The notes: a model not told the origin generated them from the sequence alone. 64,000 bases of DNA from Spirochaetia bacterium (GCA_965198005.1 CBDAOI010000004.1:1472001-1536000); one strand, 5' to 3'; shown: positions 32,133 through 44,100, counted from the first letter of the stretch. Program-made: numbers and translations.

Positions 32133-32559
32133 CGCACTGTTGAGCGTGGCAGCAAGCGCCGCGATGGAACCCGCCGGTTCGGAGGTAGGCAGCGGTGTCG
32201 CGTTCCTCCTCGGCCTGCCGGCGCCATGCTCTTGTCGCCTCTCTCATGTAGATGCAGACTCCCTCACTTATGATTTTGCGGACGAATGGGCTGCCCTGAC
32301 GTACATACTCGGCCAGGTCCGAGCGGGTTACGACGTAGTCATCGATGTCGTACTTGTGCCGCAACGGCCGCAGCGCCGAGCGGAGCGCGGCACGTCGATC
32401 CCGGCTGGTTGGACGGCCGTCGTCGTCCGTTACCACCAGGAGGTCGATGTCACGCCCGGACGTGTCTTCAGCAATTGAGCCGAACAGGATGATCTCCAGC
32501 GGGTCGATTGCCTCTACCACCGCGTCGCGTACTACGGCGGCAGTGTCGCGAGTCACCAC
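31814..32559 (-). pseudogene. Fused MNT-HEPN gene with frameshifted HEPN domain
   Basis: IILFGS...DIDLLVV (MNT), then HAQQCVEKSIK; H...DAIY..RYP continues in another frame. Confidence 0.75.
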
Positions 32560-32689
32560 GCTCCTACGGCTACCATACGACTTGCACCCGTGTCCATGCG
32601 TTGTGGGCCAAGCGTGGCGTCAGTAGAGCTGATTGCGGTTCGCCTCGTCCTCCGAGGCGTCGATTTCGTCGGAGTCCGCTCCCTCGATC

Positions 32690-32890
32690 TGGTCTGCCAG
32701 CACGGGCGGTCGGGCAACAGCAGCGTGCGTTCGTCCGGGACCGCTACGAAGCCGGGAGGATCGCCGCGCGGCGATGCGTCCGCCTGGCCGTTCGCGCCCG
32801 CGGTGCTGATCACGCAGAAGGGCGACATCGCGATGAACTTCCGGCAGCAGTGCTGGTCGAGATGGTCGATCACCTTGTCTGCCGCGCGCG
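32690..32890 (-). pseudogene. Pyridoxamine 5'-phosphate oxidase-family fragment
   Basis: FIAMSPF...DASPRGDPPGFV...LLLPDRP, then truncated. Confidence 0.65.
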
Positions 32891-33110
32891 CATTCGCTCA
32901 TGGAGTCGGTCAGTCTGTCGTCGATGCCGCCTGTCCGGCACTCTCTACTATGGCGGTGGACGCTGGGCAGGGATCTCGACCCGTTGCATAAGTGGCGCGA
33001 CCAGGGATTCCGGGGGCTGCCGTCGATAAGGTCGTGGCGCTCGGCCCCGCGCGTCCTGCGCGGTCGAGGGGCTGAGGAAGAGCGGAGCAACTACCGGTAA
33101 CCATCGAGCT

Positions 33111-33640
33111 CTATCGTGCCGGCTGCGCACTGGCGGGCGCAGGAGTGAACGCCCGATCACCGACGACCAAGACACGCCCCACTGCGCGAAGGGCCGCCTC
33201 GACTTGGCCAATATGGGAGCGATGACGAAGGTCAAGCAGCCGAGCGACTGCGGATTGGCTTATGCCCAGCCGCCTCCCGAGGTCAACCTGAGTCACGCCC
33301 TGACGCCGCATCGCGGTATACAGTGCGAGCTTGGCGGCCACGACAGAGGGTACCGCTACCAACTCCTGGCCGGCCACCACGTCACTCGGCACGGGGATGT
33401 CTCTGCGACCATCGACGTAAAAGCTGAGGGCGACGGCGAGAGCATCCTCGCCCTTTTCAAGGGCTTCCATACGGCAATCCCACAGGTCAGCGCTTCGGGC
33501 ACGTCCGGAAACGACACCGAGAAGCCGCCGGCCTCCGGTTCGGGGGTCAATATGCACGGGTAGGTGTATCGCATCAAAAGCTTGGGGATTCCGAGTTGTT
33601 TGAGCATCGCATGATACGTACCGGGCAGTTCGCCCGACGG
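33111..33640 (-). pseudogene. HicB-HTH antitoxin (frameshifted) preceded by a HicA 3' remnant
   Basis: MRYTYP...VSFPDVPEALTCG, frame change, then AKLALY..MR...; upstream GTYHAMLKQLG. Confidence 0.7.
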
Positions 33641-34472
33641 TGGTTTCGCCGTGAATGAGCGTTCCGAAAAAGGTGCACCAAGAGACAGGCGTTCCGGAAC
33701 CTCCGCGGGGGGTCTAGCCGGTGACGTGGGCCGGTCACATCCGTACGCCATCCCCCGCCTGCGCATCGTCCGGGAGTAGCGTCGGCTGGGCTCAGCCCGC
33801 TCCGGAGCCGTCATTCGCCGGCAATTTGGCCGTCCGCAGGCCGTTCGCTGTCCAAGTCGGCCGCACAGCGGCCCGCTGAAGACGACGATTGACATCCACG
33901 ACGAGTTGCTTGCCCGGGCGGAGCAGTACGCGAGGGATTCCGGACGCTCGTTATACGCCGTAGAAGTCCATCGTACCTACAAGAGTCGGATCGAAACGTT
34001 GCGTAGCGATGCGGCGCTCGATGGTTCTCGTCGATAATGGAAACCTGCGTGCTGTGTGGGATGGGAACGACGGTGAGCATTTCGGGCTTCAGTTTGTCGG
34101 CAGCCACGCACTGCAATACGTAATCTTCCGGCGACGCACGGGAAGCAGCCACATCTCACGGGTGGCGGGGAATGATACCCTTGACGGCGTCAAGCGCCAG
34201 ATACGAGCCTTTGAACTCGAAGCACTCCTGGAAACGTGACGGACAACCACCTGCCGGACGAGCAGCTTGAGCTTGCGGCGGAGGGTCCGCTCTGGTACCG
34301 AATCGTCACCGGCACCTCGCTGCGTATCTGAAGCTCGATCTCCCGACCATACCGCTCACCGCTGCGCCGCGCGCCATGAATCGCATGCATCGAGTCCTGG
34401 TGGACATCCGTGCCCCGGCCACACATCGTTGAACACCTATTGCGTCCGCGCCGAGCGGGTGTGGAAATTTCG

Positions 34473-34535
34473 TTGACGTTGTAAGATAATCATAGTATAT
34501 TTCTGACCATCGTCAAGGGTTAACCGGGGTTAACC
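34473..34535 (+). promoter_or_regulatory. sigma70 promoter with overlapping inverted repeat (candidate AbiEi operator)
   Basis: TTGACG-17 nt-TATATT inside a TTGACG...CGTCAA imperfect IR; followed by two GGTTAACC palindromes. Confidence 0.7.
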
Positions 34536-34554
34536 GCAAAGAGGGCGTGATCCG

Positions 34555-35178
34555 ATGACCCCTATGGCTGACAAGATCATGAAGAGGGTGTCCGCGCACG
34601 ACAACGGGAGTTGGGTGTGCACGCCGAAGGACTTCCTGGACCTCGGGAGCCGGGAGGCCGTTGACCAGGCTCTGTCGCGGCTTGTCAAGGCTGGCCAGTT
34701 GCGCCGGGTCGGCCACGGCCTTTACCACATGCCCAGGTTCAGCAACGTGTTGAAGCGGTCCGCGCCGGTCGACCTGGACGCGGCCATCGCAGCGCTGGCA
34801 AGGCGGGACGGCGTTCGGATCATGCCGGATGGCCTGGTGGCCGCGAACCAGCTCGGTCTCACGAACGCAGTACCTGCAAAGGTCAGCTTCGTGACGGATG
34901 GCTACTCGAGGACGCTCAAAATTGATGGACGAACGGTCCGGTTCCGGCACGCGGGGCCGAGCGTCATGCAGTGGGCGGGGAAGCCGGCGGCGCCGGTGGT
35001 TCAAGCACTGCGGTGGCTCGGCCCGAACACGGCCGCAGACGCGCAGGTCGTTTCGACTCTGAGTCGCCGTCTGCCCGACGATGTGAAGCTCGATCTATTG
35101 AAAAACAGCCGCGATCTACCCGGCTGGGCGCTACCGCTTGCGCGCGACATCACAAGTGATCAGGCCGTTCCCGTATGA
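34555..35178 (+). CDS. DUF6088 / AbiEi-type antitoxin
   Basis: DFLDLGSREAVDQALSRL...GLY, AANQLGLT..VPA. Confidence 0.85.
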   Translation: MTPMADKIMKRVSAHDNGSWVCTPKDFLDLGSREAVDQALSRLVKAGQLRRVGHGLYHMPRFSNVLKRSAPVDLDAAIAALARRDGVRIMPDGLVAANQLGLTNAVPAKVSFVTDGYSRTLKIDGRTVRFRHAGPSVMQWAGKPAAPVVQALRWLGPNTAADAQVVSTLSRRLPDDVKLDLLKNSRDLPGWALPLARDITSDQAVPV

Positions 35179-36218
35179 GTGGAAACACCGAGTCCTTTCT
35201 GACTCTACCGGAGCAGGACAGGCGCGATGTCTTCGAGGCGGCGGCAAGCCGCCTCGACACATTGCCCGGCTACGTGGAGAAGGACTTTTGGGTCTGTCTC
35301 GTCCTCGACGCGCTCTACAACCGGCTGCCCGACGGGCATCCGAGGTTGCTCTTCAAGGGCGGGACGTCCCTGTCCAAGGCCTTCGGGCTGATCAAGCGGT
35401 TCTCCGAAGACATCGATCTCGTCGTCTACCGTGACGATCTTGGCTTCGAAGGGGAGCGCGACCCGACCATAGCAAGTAACCTGTCCAACAAGAAACGCGC
35501 CGCCCTGTTCAAGGAACTCAGGGCGGCATGCAGCAGCTACGTTCGCGGAAACCTGCAAACGGCCCTGACGAGGCTGATCGACGAGATTGTGGAAGGGTGC
35601 CACGTTGGTCCGGATGAGGACGAGGTCGACGGGCAGACGCTCTTCATCGAGTACCCCACCCTGTACCCGAGCGGCGATGTCGCCTACGTGGCGCCGCGAG
35701 TGAGGATTGAGGCAGGTGCGAGGTCGGCGCTCGACCCGAGCCTGACCTGCACCATCGCCCCGTATGTCGCCGACGAACTACCCGACTGGTCGTTCGACGT
35801 GGGCGCCGTCAGGGTGATCGCGCCGGGGCGCACCTATTGGGAGAAGCTGCTGATCTTGCATGGCGTCCACTGCGGATACCGAGACGCCCAGCGGCTGCCC
35901 GCTGACAAGGATCGGATCTCGCGCCACTACTACGATGTGGCAATGATCGCGGCGAGCGACATCGGACGGGCCGCGCTATCCAACATCGACCTTTTGGATG
36001 CGGTTCGGAACCACAACCTCATCGCGTTCCCGCAAGCCTGGAAGCGGTTCGAGGAAGCCGTCCCTGGATCGGTCAGATTGATTCCACAGCCTGAACTACG
36101 AACGGTGATTGAACGGGACTACAGAGCCATGGAGGGCATGATTCTCGGTGAGGCTCCGGACTTCGCTTGGGTTATGGAACACTTTGAACGCTCTGAAGTT
36201 GCGATCAACGGGATTTGA
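35175..36218 (+). CDS. AbiEii/AbiGii nucleotidyltransferase toxin
   Basis: VEKDFWV, FKGGTSLSK, RFSEDID, RT.WEK, SRHYYD. Confidence 0.92.
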   Translation: MSGNTESFLTLPEQDRRDVFEAAASRLDTLPGYVEKDFWVCLVLDALYNRLPDGHPRLLFKGGTSLSKAFGLIKRFSEDIDLVVYRDDLGFEGERDPTIASNLSNKKRAALFKELRAACSSYVRGNLQTALTRLIDEIVEGCHVGPDEDEVDGQTLFIEYPTLYPSGDVAYVAPRVRIEAGARSALDPSLTCTIAPYVADELPDWSFDVGAVRVIAPGRTYWEKLLILHGVHCGYRDAQRLPADKDRISRHYYDVAMIAASDIGRAALSNIDLLDAVRNHNLIAFPQAWKRFEEAVPGSVRLIPQPELRTVIERDYRAMEGMILGEAPDFAWVMEHFERSEVAINGI

Positions 36219-36227
36219 TGAAGAACC

Positions 36228-36745
36228 CTCGCGTTTGACGGCGGTCGACTGACATCGGACAGCGGCGTACTGCTGCTTCGCGAAGCTGACAGGTTGTTCG
36301 ACGTGAGCGGCAGACTGGCGGCCTGTTTTGCTGACCATCGCGATCCAGCGCGGGTCGAGCATCGTCTCGAGACCCTGATCGCACAGCGGGTGCTGTCTCT
36401 GGCGGCCGGCTCAGATCCGCCAACGCTGGCCGGCTACGAAGATCCTGGTACGCGGTGACTCGGGATTCTGTCGTGAACAGATCATGGCTTGGTGTGAGGG
36501 GCAAGGCGTCGATTATGTGTTCGGCTTGGCGCGCAACGCACGCCTGCAGAAGCGTATCGACAAGGCGCTGCGCAAGTCGCAGCGACGCTGTGCGGTGACC
36601 GGGAAGGCGGCGCGGCGGTTCCGGGAGTTCCGCTACCGGACGCTCGACTCGTGGAGCCGCCGGCGCCGGGTAGTGGCCAAGGCCGAGTGGCTGGCCGGCG
36701 CCGGCGGCGGCAATCCGCGTTTCGTGGTAACCAGCCTCGACCGGC
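36228..36745 (+). mobile_element. IS1380-family transposase remnant
   Basis: LTSDSGVLLLRE...HR.P.RVEH; RGDSGFCRE...DYVFGLARN...NPRFVVTSL; internally deleted. Confidence 0.75.
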
Positions 36746-37113
36746 AGACGATTCGACACCTACGCCGTCGAACCGGAGCGCAATCGCCAACTCCACACCG
36801 CCACGCTCGGACTCACCTTGACCCGTGACGCGGTACGCCTCAGCACCCGCTACCGCGGCACCGCGCGCTTTCCCTTCGGGGCAGCCAGCGAGGTGGAACC
36901 GCGCTTCTCCCATCTGGTGAACGTGTCGCTGCGGGTCGACCTCGCCAAAGTGGAGTAGTATCCCCTGGTGACCGAGGGCCCAGCATACGCCGAGGCGCTC
37001 CGCCTGCTCGATCGTCGGCAGTACCACGCGGCAATTGCCGCGCTCCAGCGGCTGCTCGAGGAAGATTCCAGCGGTACCGCACACGCCTTGCTGGGGGTCG
37101 CACATTTCCAACT

Positions 37114-38200
37114 TCAGACTTCCTGACCTCAGCCAGAATCAGGTGACACTTCTGGCGGCGGATCGCCGGCCAACTCGTAGACGAGCCTGAGTTCGGTTCC
37201 GGGATAGACGTCGAACAGCCGGCGCCACGGCTGGCTGCCGCCGTGGTGGGCGCAGGCGTGGTGAACGCGAGTGGACGCGGGGGCGCCTACGGAGCGATCA
37301 GCCGGAGCGGTTAGTTGTTTCTCAGTTTGCTCGGTTGTGCGACGGGGAGGGGGGGGGGACTCCTCACCATTAAGCAAGCGCGCCGCGAGCTGATTTTCAG
37401 CAAATCTCGGCGAGCGGCTGTCGGGGGAACAGAGTGTCATAAGCGTTGACGTGTTATAGGTCACTCAAGCCCTCCGCAGGTGGGGGCCCCACCATTTGTC
37501 AAACCCCGCCGCGAAAGGATTCCAGTCTGGGGGGGGCAAGGGTCCGGGGGGGGGGCAAGGGTAGGACACGCCGGTTGCGCTGCCGCTAACCGGTGGCAGC
37601 GCTGAGTAGTGTTTTCAGCCATCTTTTGCATCCGTTGCGCCGTCTCGCCACCGGTCGCCAAGTGCCAGTGATCACCATCAGCTCCGCCGTGAAGCCTCTT
37701 CGATATGGCTCCAACGGACCGCTCATGCGGACCCGCGACAGTCTGAACTTCCTGACCTCAGTTCCAGCGGGCCCATGGATCGGTACCTCGAGCGGGTGGA
37801 AGTCCTCCTCCGGCCAGTCCTCGCCCGTGAAGTTCTTGTGCCAGGTGATGCAGGCGATGCCGCGCCGGGCCAGCCGCTTGAACAGGTCCGGGCTCCAGCC
37901 CTCGCGGTCGAACACCAGGGTGAGCGCCGGCGCACCGGCCTCCGGCTGGGTCAGGTCGGGGGCCGCTTCCGGCACCACCCCCAGTTGCAGCAGGTGCGGC
38001 ACCACGTCCTGCTCGATGGCCTTGATCAGCTTCGGGTCGAGCGCCTGGTGCAGGCACAGCAGGGGCGTGCCGCCCAGGGCGTTGATCCAGTAGCTCACGG
38101 ACGCCGGCAAACACAGTTTCTGGCGCGCGACGAAGTGTTTCGGCAGCCGACCGTTGCGCCCGGCGTATACCTTCACGTGGCCGTCCACCACGAAGGGCAA
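37114..38200 (-). mobile_element. Degenerate transposase fragments with a duplicated putative element end
   Basis: VDGHVKVY...YWINALGG, VFDREGWS, YPGTELRLVY; ACTTCCTGACCTCAG at 37118 and 37747. Confidence 0.55.
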
Positions 38201-38393
38201 CGATTTTTTTTCTGGCCGCCCGTTCCGGCCGTGGTCGGCGCAGCGGTGGTGCAGTCGAAGGTGCGCGGCCCGCCGCGTGGGTAAAGCGCGGAGCGTGCGG
38301 GGAGGTCAGCGGGAGCGGTTAATGTTGAGTCAATCGAACATCACGGGCAGCAGGTTGCGCAACCGCCCAACCAAATGCTAATACGAGTGTGCA

Positions 38394-39155
38394 ATGAATC
38401 GACTCGACGACAAGGTAGCGATCATCACCGGCGGCGCCGGCGGCATTGGCGTGGCCGCGGCGCAGGAGTTTACGGCTGCAGGCGCGAAGGTGCTGCTGGT
38501 CGACCTGGACCCGGGCGCCCTGGAGGCGGCCGCCGCCACGGTAGCCGGCGAGGTCAGCACCTTCGCAGCCGACGTGACCGATCCGAAGCAGGTCGAGGCC
38601 TACGTCGCGGCGGCGCTGGAGCGCTACGGTGCGGTCGACGCGTTCCTGGCCAACGCCGGCATCGAGGGCGGCGTCGCCTCGATCATCGACTGCGACGTCG
38701 AGAACTTCGATCGGGTGATGGCGGTAAACGTGCGCGCTGTGTGGTTCGGTCTCAAGTACGTCATGGCGGCGATGCGGGAACGCGGCGGCAGCATCATCAT
38801 TACCTCGTCCACCGCCGGGATCAAAGGGTTGGCCGGGATGGCGCCGTACCACACCAGCAAGCATGCGGTTATCGGCCTGATGCGCTGCGCGGCGCTGGAG
38901 GGCGGGGAATACGGCATCCGGGTCAACACCGTCAACCCCGGCCCGACCGAGACCCGCATGATGCGCTCGATCGAGGACCAGTACCGGCCCGGCGAGGGCG
39001 AGCGGTGGAAAGCGGGCGCGGCGGCGCGCATTCCGCTCGGACACTACGGCCAGCCCGCCGACGTGGCCAGGATGATGTTGTTCCTTGCCAGCGACGCCGC
39101 CGCCCACTGCAGCGGCGGCGTCTACATGGTCGACGGCGGCCAATCCGCTCACTAG
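38394..39155 (+). CDS. SDR family oxidoreductase
   Basis: TGGAGGIG, NAGI, YHTSK, VNTVNPG, VDGG. Confidence 0.93.
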   Translation: MNRLDDKVAIITGGAGGIGVAAAQEFTAAGAKVLLVDLDPGALEAAAATVAGEVSTFAADVTDPKQVEAYVAAALERYGAVDAFLANAGIEGGVASIIDCDVENFDRVMAVNVRAVWFGLKYVMAAMRERGGSIIITSSTAGIKGLAGMAPYHTSKHAVIGLMRCAALEGGEYGIRVNTVNPGPTETRMMRSIEDQYRPGEGERWKAGAAARIPLGHYGQPADVARMMLFLASDAAAHCSGGVYMVDGGQSAH

Positions 39156-39501
39156 ACTTAGCGGTACTGCTTATGGAACAGTTCTTGAACCTGCGTTCAC
39201 TTCGCTCAGGTATCAAACAGACTCAGGTCCTCGTCAAAGGCCTCCTTCGCCAAGTGTTCACGAATCAGCTCGACCGACCACGGGCCGTGCTCAATGATTA
39301 TACTGCTTCGTGCGGCGCTGGTGGGGGTGCCGCTGGCTTTAAACCGACGTGGCGCCGCCGGCAGCCAGGCGCCCCCCGTCGCGCAGGCGCGGATCGAGCA
39401 GGTCGCGCATGGCACCGCCTTCGGCGAGACGCGACACTTGACCGGTCAAACCGCACCGACGATACTTCCACCGTCATGGTCAAGTGGTTGCTTGCCCGTA
39501 A

Positions 39502-39738
39502 ATGGACATGGACAGAATCGTAGTCGACTCCAGGGTTCATTTCGGAAAGCCGTGCGTTGTCGGTACGCGTATCACGGTTCAAGACGTTCTGGAATTGGTT
39601 GACCAGGATATTCCGTTCAGCCAAATCATACAGGACTACTATCCTGATTTGACCTCTGCGGACATCCATGCGTGCATTCGGTACGCGATCGCCTTAGTAG
39701 GGGCGGAGGACATCCGCTTACGGTCGGCGTCGGTCTGA
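39502..39738 (+). CDS. DUF433 antitoxin-like protein
   Basis: FGKPCVVGTRITV...YPDLTSADI.ACI.YA. Confidence 0.88.
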   Translation: MDMDRIVVDSRVHFGKPCVVGTRITVQDVLELVDQDIPFSQIIQDYYPDLTSADIHACIRYAIALVGAEDIRLRSASV

Positions 39739-39860
39739 GATTTCTGCTAGACCAGGACGTCTATGCGGCCACGGCCCGACACTTGGCTGATGTGGGGCAT
39801 GACGTTGTTCGTGCCGCTGATCTCGGTCTGTCGAGAGCCACCGACGAAGAACTACTCATG
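39735..39860 (+). pseudogene. DUF5615 PIN-like toxin, truncated
   Basis: LRFLLDQDV...GHDV...ATDEELL, then homology is lost; CTG in place of a start codon. Confidence 0.65.
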
Positions 39861-40300
39861 GCGAGGAGACATTGGCGCAGGCATTCGTTGTCGTCGGCCC
39901 GGGAGGGCATAGAATCAGAAGGCTCGCGGATCACTCCTCGTCTCTCCGCCGTGAAGATCGTTCGGTTCAGTAGTGAGCTGGCCTTTGCCCGCGCCATAGC
40001 GGCCAAGGCGGCCGCGCAGCCGGGGATCCAGCAGATCGCGCACCGCGCTGGCTTTAGACCGGTCTAAGAGACCGGCCGCCGCCTCCGAGCGCATGCGCAG
40101 CAGCAGGCCGTCGGCCTTGGCGGCCAGCTCGAAGCCGCTGGGGTCGGGCGCCGCCAGCAGCGAGCCGCGCGCCCCGAACGCCGCCAGCACCAGGCCGACG
40201 CCGGTCTCGATGGCGGCGGCCGCCTCCGGCACCGCGTCGCCCACCAGCAGACCGAGCGCCGGCGTGCCGCCGTCCGTGTCCACCGCCGCAGCTACCCCGG

Positions 40301-41179
40301 TCACCGCAGGCCGTCGTCGGGAAGAGCTTCGGCGGGTTTCGGGGGGATCCCCTTCGCGACCCGCTCGTACACGCCCGCCATCGCCTCGAGGAACGAGGTG
40401 TCGCGGTGCCAGAACTCCGGATAGTCTCCTTCCCGACGCAGTAGCAGGGCCGAGACTGGCGGGGCTTGGCCCTCCGCCGTCACCTCCCGAGCCAGCGGCC
40501 TGCCGCGCCAGAACGCCCGCAGGTCGGAGGCGGGGGTCTCGCTACCGCTCTCTTCCACCAGGGGGAAGCGCGGTTCCCGCACCGCGGCCGCAAGATCGGG
40601 ATCTCCCGAGCCGGCATCGCCGAGCAATGCCGCGCCGAATTCGGACTGCGAGACGGCCTGCCGGAGCTGCCGGCGATCCATGCCCCGGAACTCGAACAGC
40701 AACAGGGGATCGCGGTCGAGCAGCGACGCGACGTGGTAGTACACGCCCGCCACGTGCTTGCACGGATTTGCCCAGTCGGGACACGAGCAGGACGAGCGAA
40801 TCTCCTGGCGCGTTCGCGGCAGCAGCTTGACCTTCGATCCATCGAGCGCCTTCTCGATAGTGGGGGGCACCTCGCCCAGAATCAGGTGCGTTACCCAGTC
40901 GGCATTGGATCCCAATCGCTTGAGGATTGTTTTCCAGCGCGCGGCGGCGACCTTCTCGAACTCGATCTTCACGGCGTAGTAGGGCGTCTTGTAGACCCCG
41001 AAATACGGATTGACGTTGCCGACGATCGTGGCTTCGATCTTGCCCTGCCGAATCGAGAACTCCTCCCGCCGGTGCGGCGTGGCGTAGCTTCGACCTCTCG
41101 ACAGCCGGCCCGAATCCATGCAGCCCTCCAGGGCGTTCAGGAACTCCGCACCCCACCAGGTCTTGCTCCGCCCTGCCAT
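40301..41179 (-). CDS. SWIM zinc-finger protein
   Basis: WWG, RLSRGRSYA, CSCPDWANPCKH, DP.LLF..RG. Confidence 0.9.
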   Translation of the reverse strand: MAGRSKTWWGAEFLNALEGCMDSGRLSRGRSYATPHRREEFSIRQGKIEATIVGNVNPYFGVYKTPYYAVKIEFEKVAAARWKTILKRLGSNADWVTHLILGEVPPTIEKALDGSKVKLLPRTRQEIRSSCSCPDWANPCKHVAGVYYHVASLLDRDPLLLFEFRGMDRRQLRQAVSQSEFGAALLGDAGSGDPDLAAAVREPRFPLVEESGSETPASDLRAFWRGRPLAREVTAEGQAPPVSALLLRREGDYPEFWHRDTSFLEAMAGVYERVAKGIPPKPAEALPDDGLR

Positions 41180-41194
41180 ACGCCGCCCTCCTCG

Positions 41195-44100
41195 TCAGCC
41201 CACCACTGCGTCGCCGCGGTCCAATGCAATCAACTTTCGAAAGGCATCGTTGTCCAGGTTCGCCAGCCAGGATTCGTCGCCCCCAACGATATCTTCCGCC
41301 AACTTTTTCTTGGACTCGATCAGCTCGTCGATGCGCTCCTCGAGCGTGCCCATGGTCACCATCTTGTGGACGAACACGCTCTTGCGCTGCCCTATGCGGT
41401 AGGCCCGGTCCGTCGCCTGGTTCTCGACGGCCGGATTCCACCAGCGATCGAAGTGAATGACATGATTCGCCCGCGTCAGCGTGATGCCCGTGCCGCCGGC
41501 ACGCAACGACAGCACGAAGATCGCCGGCTCGGTATCCGGATCCTGGAACTCTTCCACCATGTGCTCCCGCCGTGCCCGCAGCGTGCCGCCATGCAGGTAG
41601 TAGACCGCTCCGCCGTACCGCCGGCGGAACAGGACTTCCAACAACTTGCCGATTACCGTGAATTGAGTGAATACCAGCGCGGATTCGCCCTCGGCCTCGA
41701 TCTCGTCCAGCATCTCGCAAACGCGCGCGAGCTTGTGCGAACGCGTCTCGGCGAACTCGCTGGCATCCTGGAGAAACTGTACCGGATGGTTGCAGATCTG
41801 CTTCAAACGCATCAGAGTGGAGAGCAGCAGGCCCTGGCGCCCGATTCCCTCGGCGTCCTTGAGCTTCGCTTCCAGGTCGCGGACAACCGCTTCATACAGG
41901 GTGGCTTGCTCGGGAGTCAGATTGCAATAGGAGTTCTGTTCGACCTTGTCGGGCAGATCCTTGATGATCGCGCGGTCGGTCTTCATGCGGCGCAAGATGA
42001 ACGGCCGCACCAGGCTGCGCAGACGCTCGGTCGCCGCACGATTGCGGTCGCGCATGATCGGACGCTCCACGTTCTTGCGAAACTCGGCCATGGTCCCCAG
42101 GAACCCGGGATTCAGCACGCTGAACAGCGACCAGAGGTCCATCAGCCGGTTCTCGACAGGAGTGCCCGTGAGCGCGATGCGCCGCGCCGCCGGGATGCCG
42201 CGGATTGCCTTCGTCACTGCGGCCGTGGGGTTCTTGACGTTCTGGGACTCGTCCACGACGAGGCGCCACCAGCGAACCTTGTTCAAGACGGCTGCGTCCA
42301 ACCGGGCGACTCCGAACGAGGCAACGACAATGTCCATCCCCCGAATCGCTTCCTCGAGGGCTTCCCTGGTCTTGACCCGCTGCGGCCCGTGGTGGAGGTA
42401 GGTGGCGAGCGTTGGGGTGAAACGCCGCGTTTCCCGCTGCCAGTTCCCGACCACCGAAGTGGGCGCGACCAGCAGAGTGGGCCCGGCATCCGGGTTTCGG
42501 GCCTTGTCTTCCAGGACCGCCGCCAGCACCTGAACGGTCTTTCCCAACCCCATGTCGTCCGCCAGGCAAGCCCCGAAACCGAGCCGCTCCAAGTACGCCA
42601 GCCAGGAAAAGCCTCGCATCTGGTACCCGCGCAACTCGCCGGCGAACCCGGCAGGCTGGTCGAGCATATCGAGCGAGCCGGTGCCGCGGAGTACGGCGAG
42701 CATCCGGCCGATCTCGCCTTCGCACACGACTTCGAGGGCGTCGGAACCAGCTTCGGCGCGCAACAGGTCGGCCACCGTCATGCTCTGCGAGCTGGCATCG
42801 GCCGCCCAGTATTCTTCCAGGCGGGATACCTCGTCGCCGCGCAACTCCATCCACTGCCCGCGCAGCCGGACGAGACCTTCCTTTGCCGAAACCAGGGTTT
42901 CCCACTCGTTCCGTGTGATCGGCTGGCCGTCCAGGACCACCTGGGCCTCGAACGAGAGCAGCGTGTCGAAACCCAGCACTGCCGGCGACTCGGTTCCCTG
43001 AGCGGCTGCGCCGCCCGAGCTCCGCGAGGTCAAGCGCAGGCGCAGGCGTCGCTGGCCGGTCGCGGTCCACCAAGCCGGCACGATCACGCGGAACCCCGCG
43101 CCCTGCAGGATCGGGGCCTGCTGCCGCAGGAATTCGAGCGCCTCGGCGCGATCCAGGACGACTTCCGCAGGAGCCTCGCCGTCCATACCTTCCCAGAGCT
43201 TGGCGTAGATGCGCGCAGCCTGTCCCAGTTGGAGCAGGACCTCGCGCACGCTCCGCGCCGCCGGCCGCTTGGAGTTCCCGGATCCCCAGAAGTCGGCGAG
43301 CGGAACGAGCAGTGACGGATCGCGGCGCGAAGCAAGGAGCCATTCCAGAGACCAAGTGTCGGGCGAAGCGCGCTTCGCGTCTGCCAGACGGAAGCAGACC
43401 CGTTCGTCCGCGTCGAGCACCGACCGCCGTATCCGGTCGCGCCAGCGCCGCCATTGCATCCAGGTGCGCTCGCCGATAGGGGCCTGCGAAGCCCACTCCG
43501 CCGAGCGAGCGGGCGTAGCGGGCGTAGCGGGCGGCGGCAGCGCTTGCCCGAGAAACGACCCTTGGACGCGTTTCAACGCCGACTGCGTGAACCGCGTGCC
43601 GCGCACGAACCGGTCGAGATGCACTGCCAGGAAGTGGCGTACGAGAGCACGTGGCTCGTGCATCTCGGCCTCCTCGTCGGTGTTTGGAGGCGCTTCCGCC
43701 CGAAGCGCCCGGCACGCCCCCGGCATCGCCCGGGCGAATGGCTCGACGACGCCCTCCTCCGCGGTGTCAGCGAATTCCCAGCCCGCTTCGAACCGAACGG
43801 CAGTCTCTCGGACCTTCCTGCGACGGTTGCCGCGGGCCTTCGGAGCCTCGGGTTCCGTGGCGTAGATCGCCGGCAGGTACTCGTGGTGGCGGACGGCCCG
43901 CTCAAAGCACGCGGCCAAGCGGCTCCAGAATCGGAGATCGTGCCCAATCCGGACGTTCTGGGTCATTCCCGTGCGCTGCGGATCGAGCGACCGGAGCAGG
44001 GCAAGCGGGTTGGCAACCTCCGCCGCGTCCACGCGCCACGTCCCCCAACAGGTTGGGGTGGCGATCTCCTCATCCAGCTCCGCCTGCAGCTCCAGCGAAG

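Noticed and set aside
33875-34240. VapB-like start (KTTIDIHDELL) and the 76-aa ORF 34009-34239
   Set aside because: Too short and fragmentary to annotate confidently
39915-40304. Possible autotransporter-like C-terminal remnant
   Set aside because: Weak resemblance only, with no clear start or complete domain
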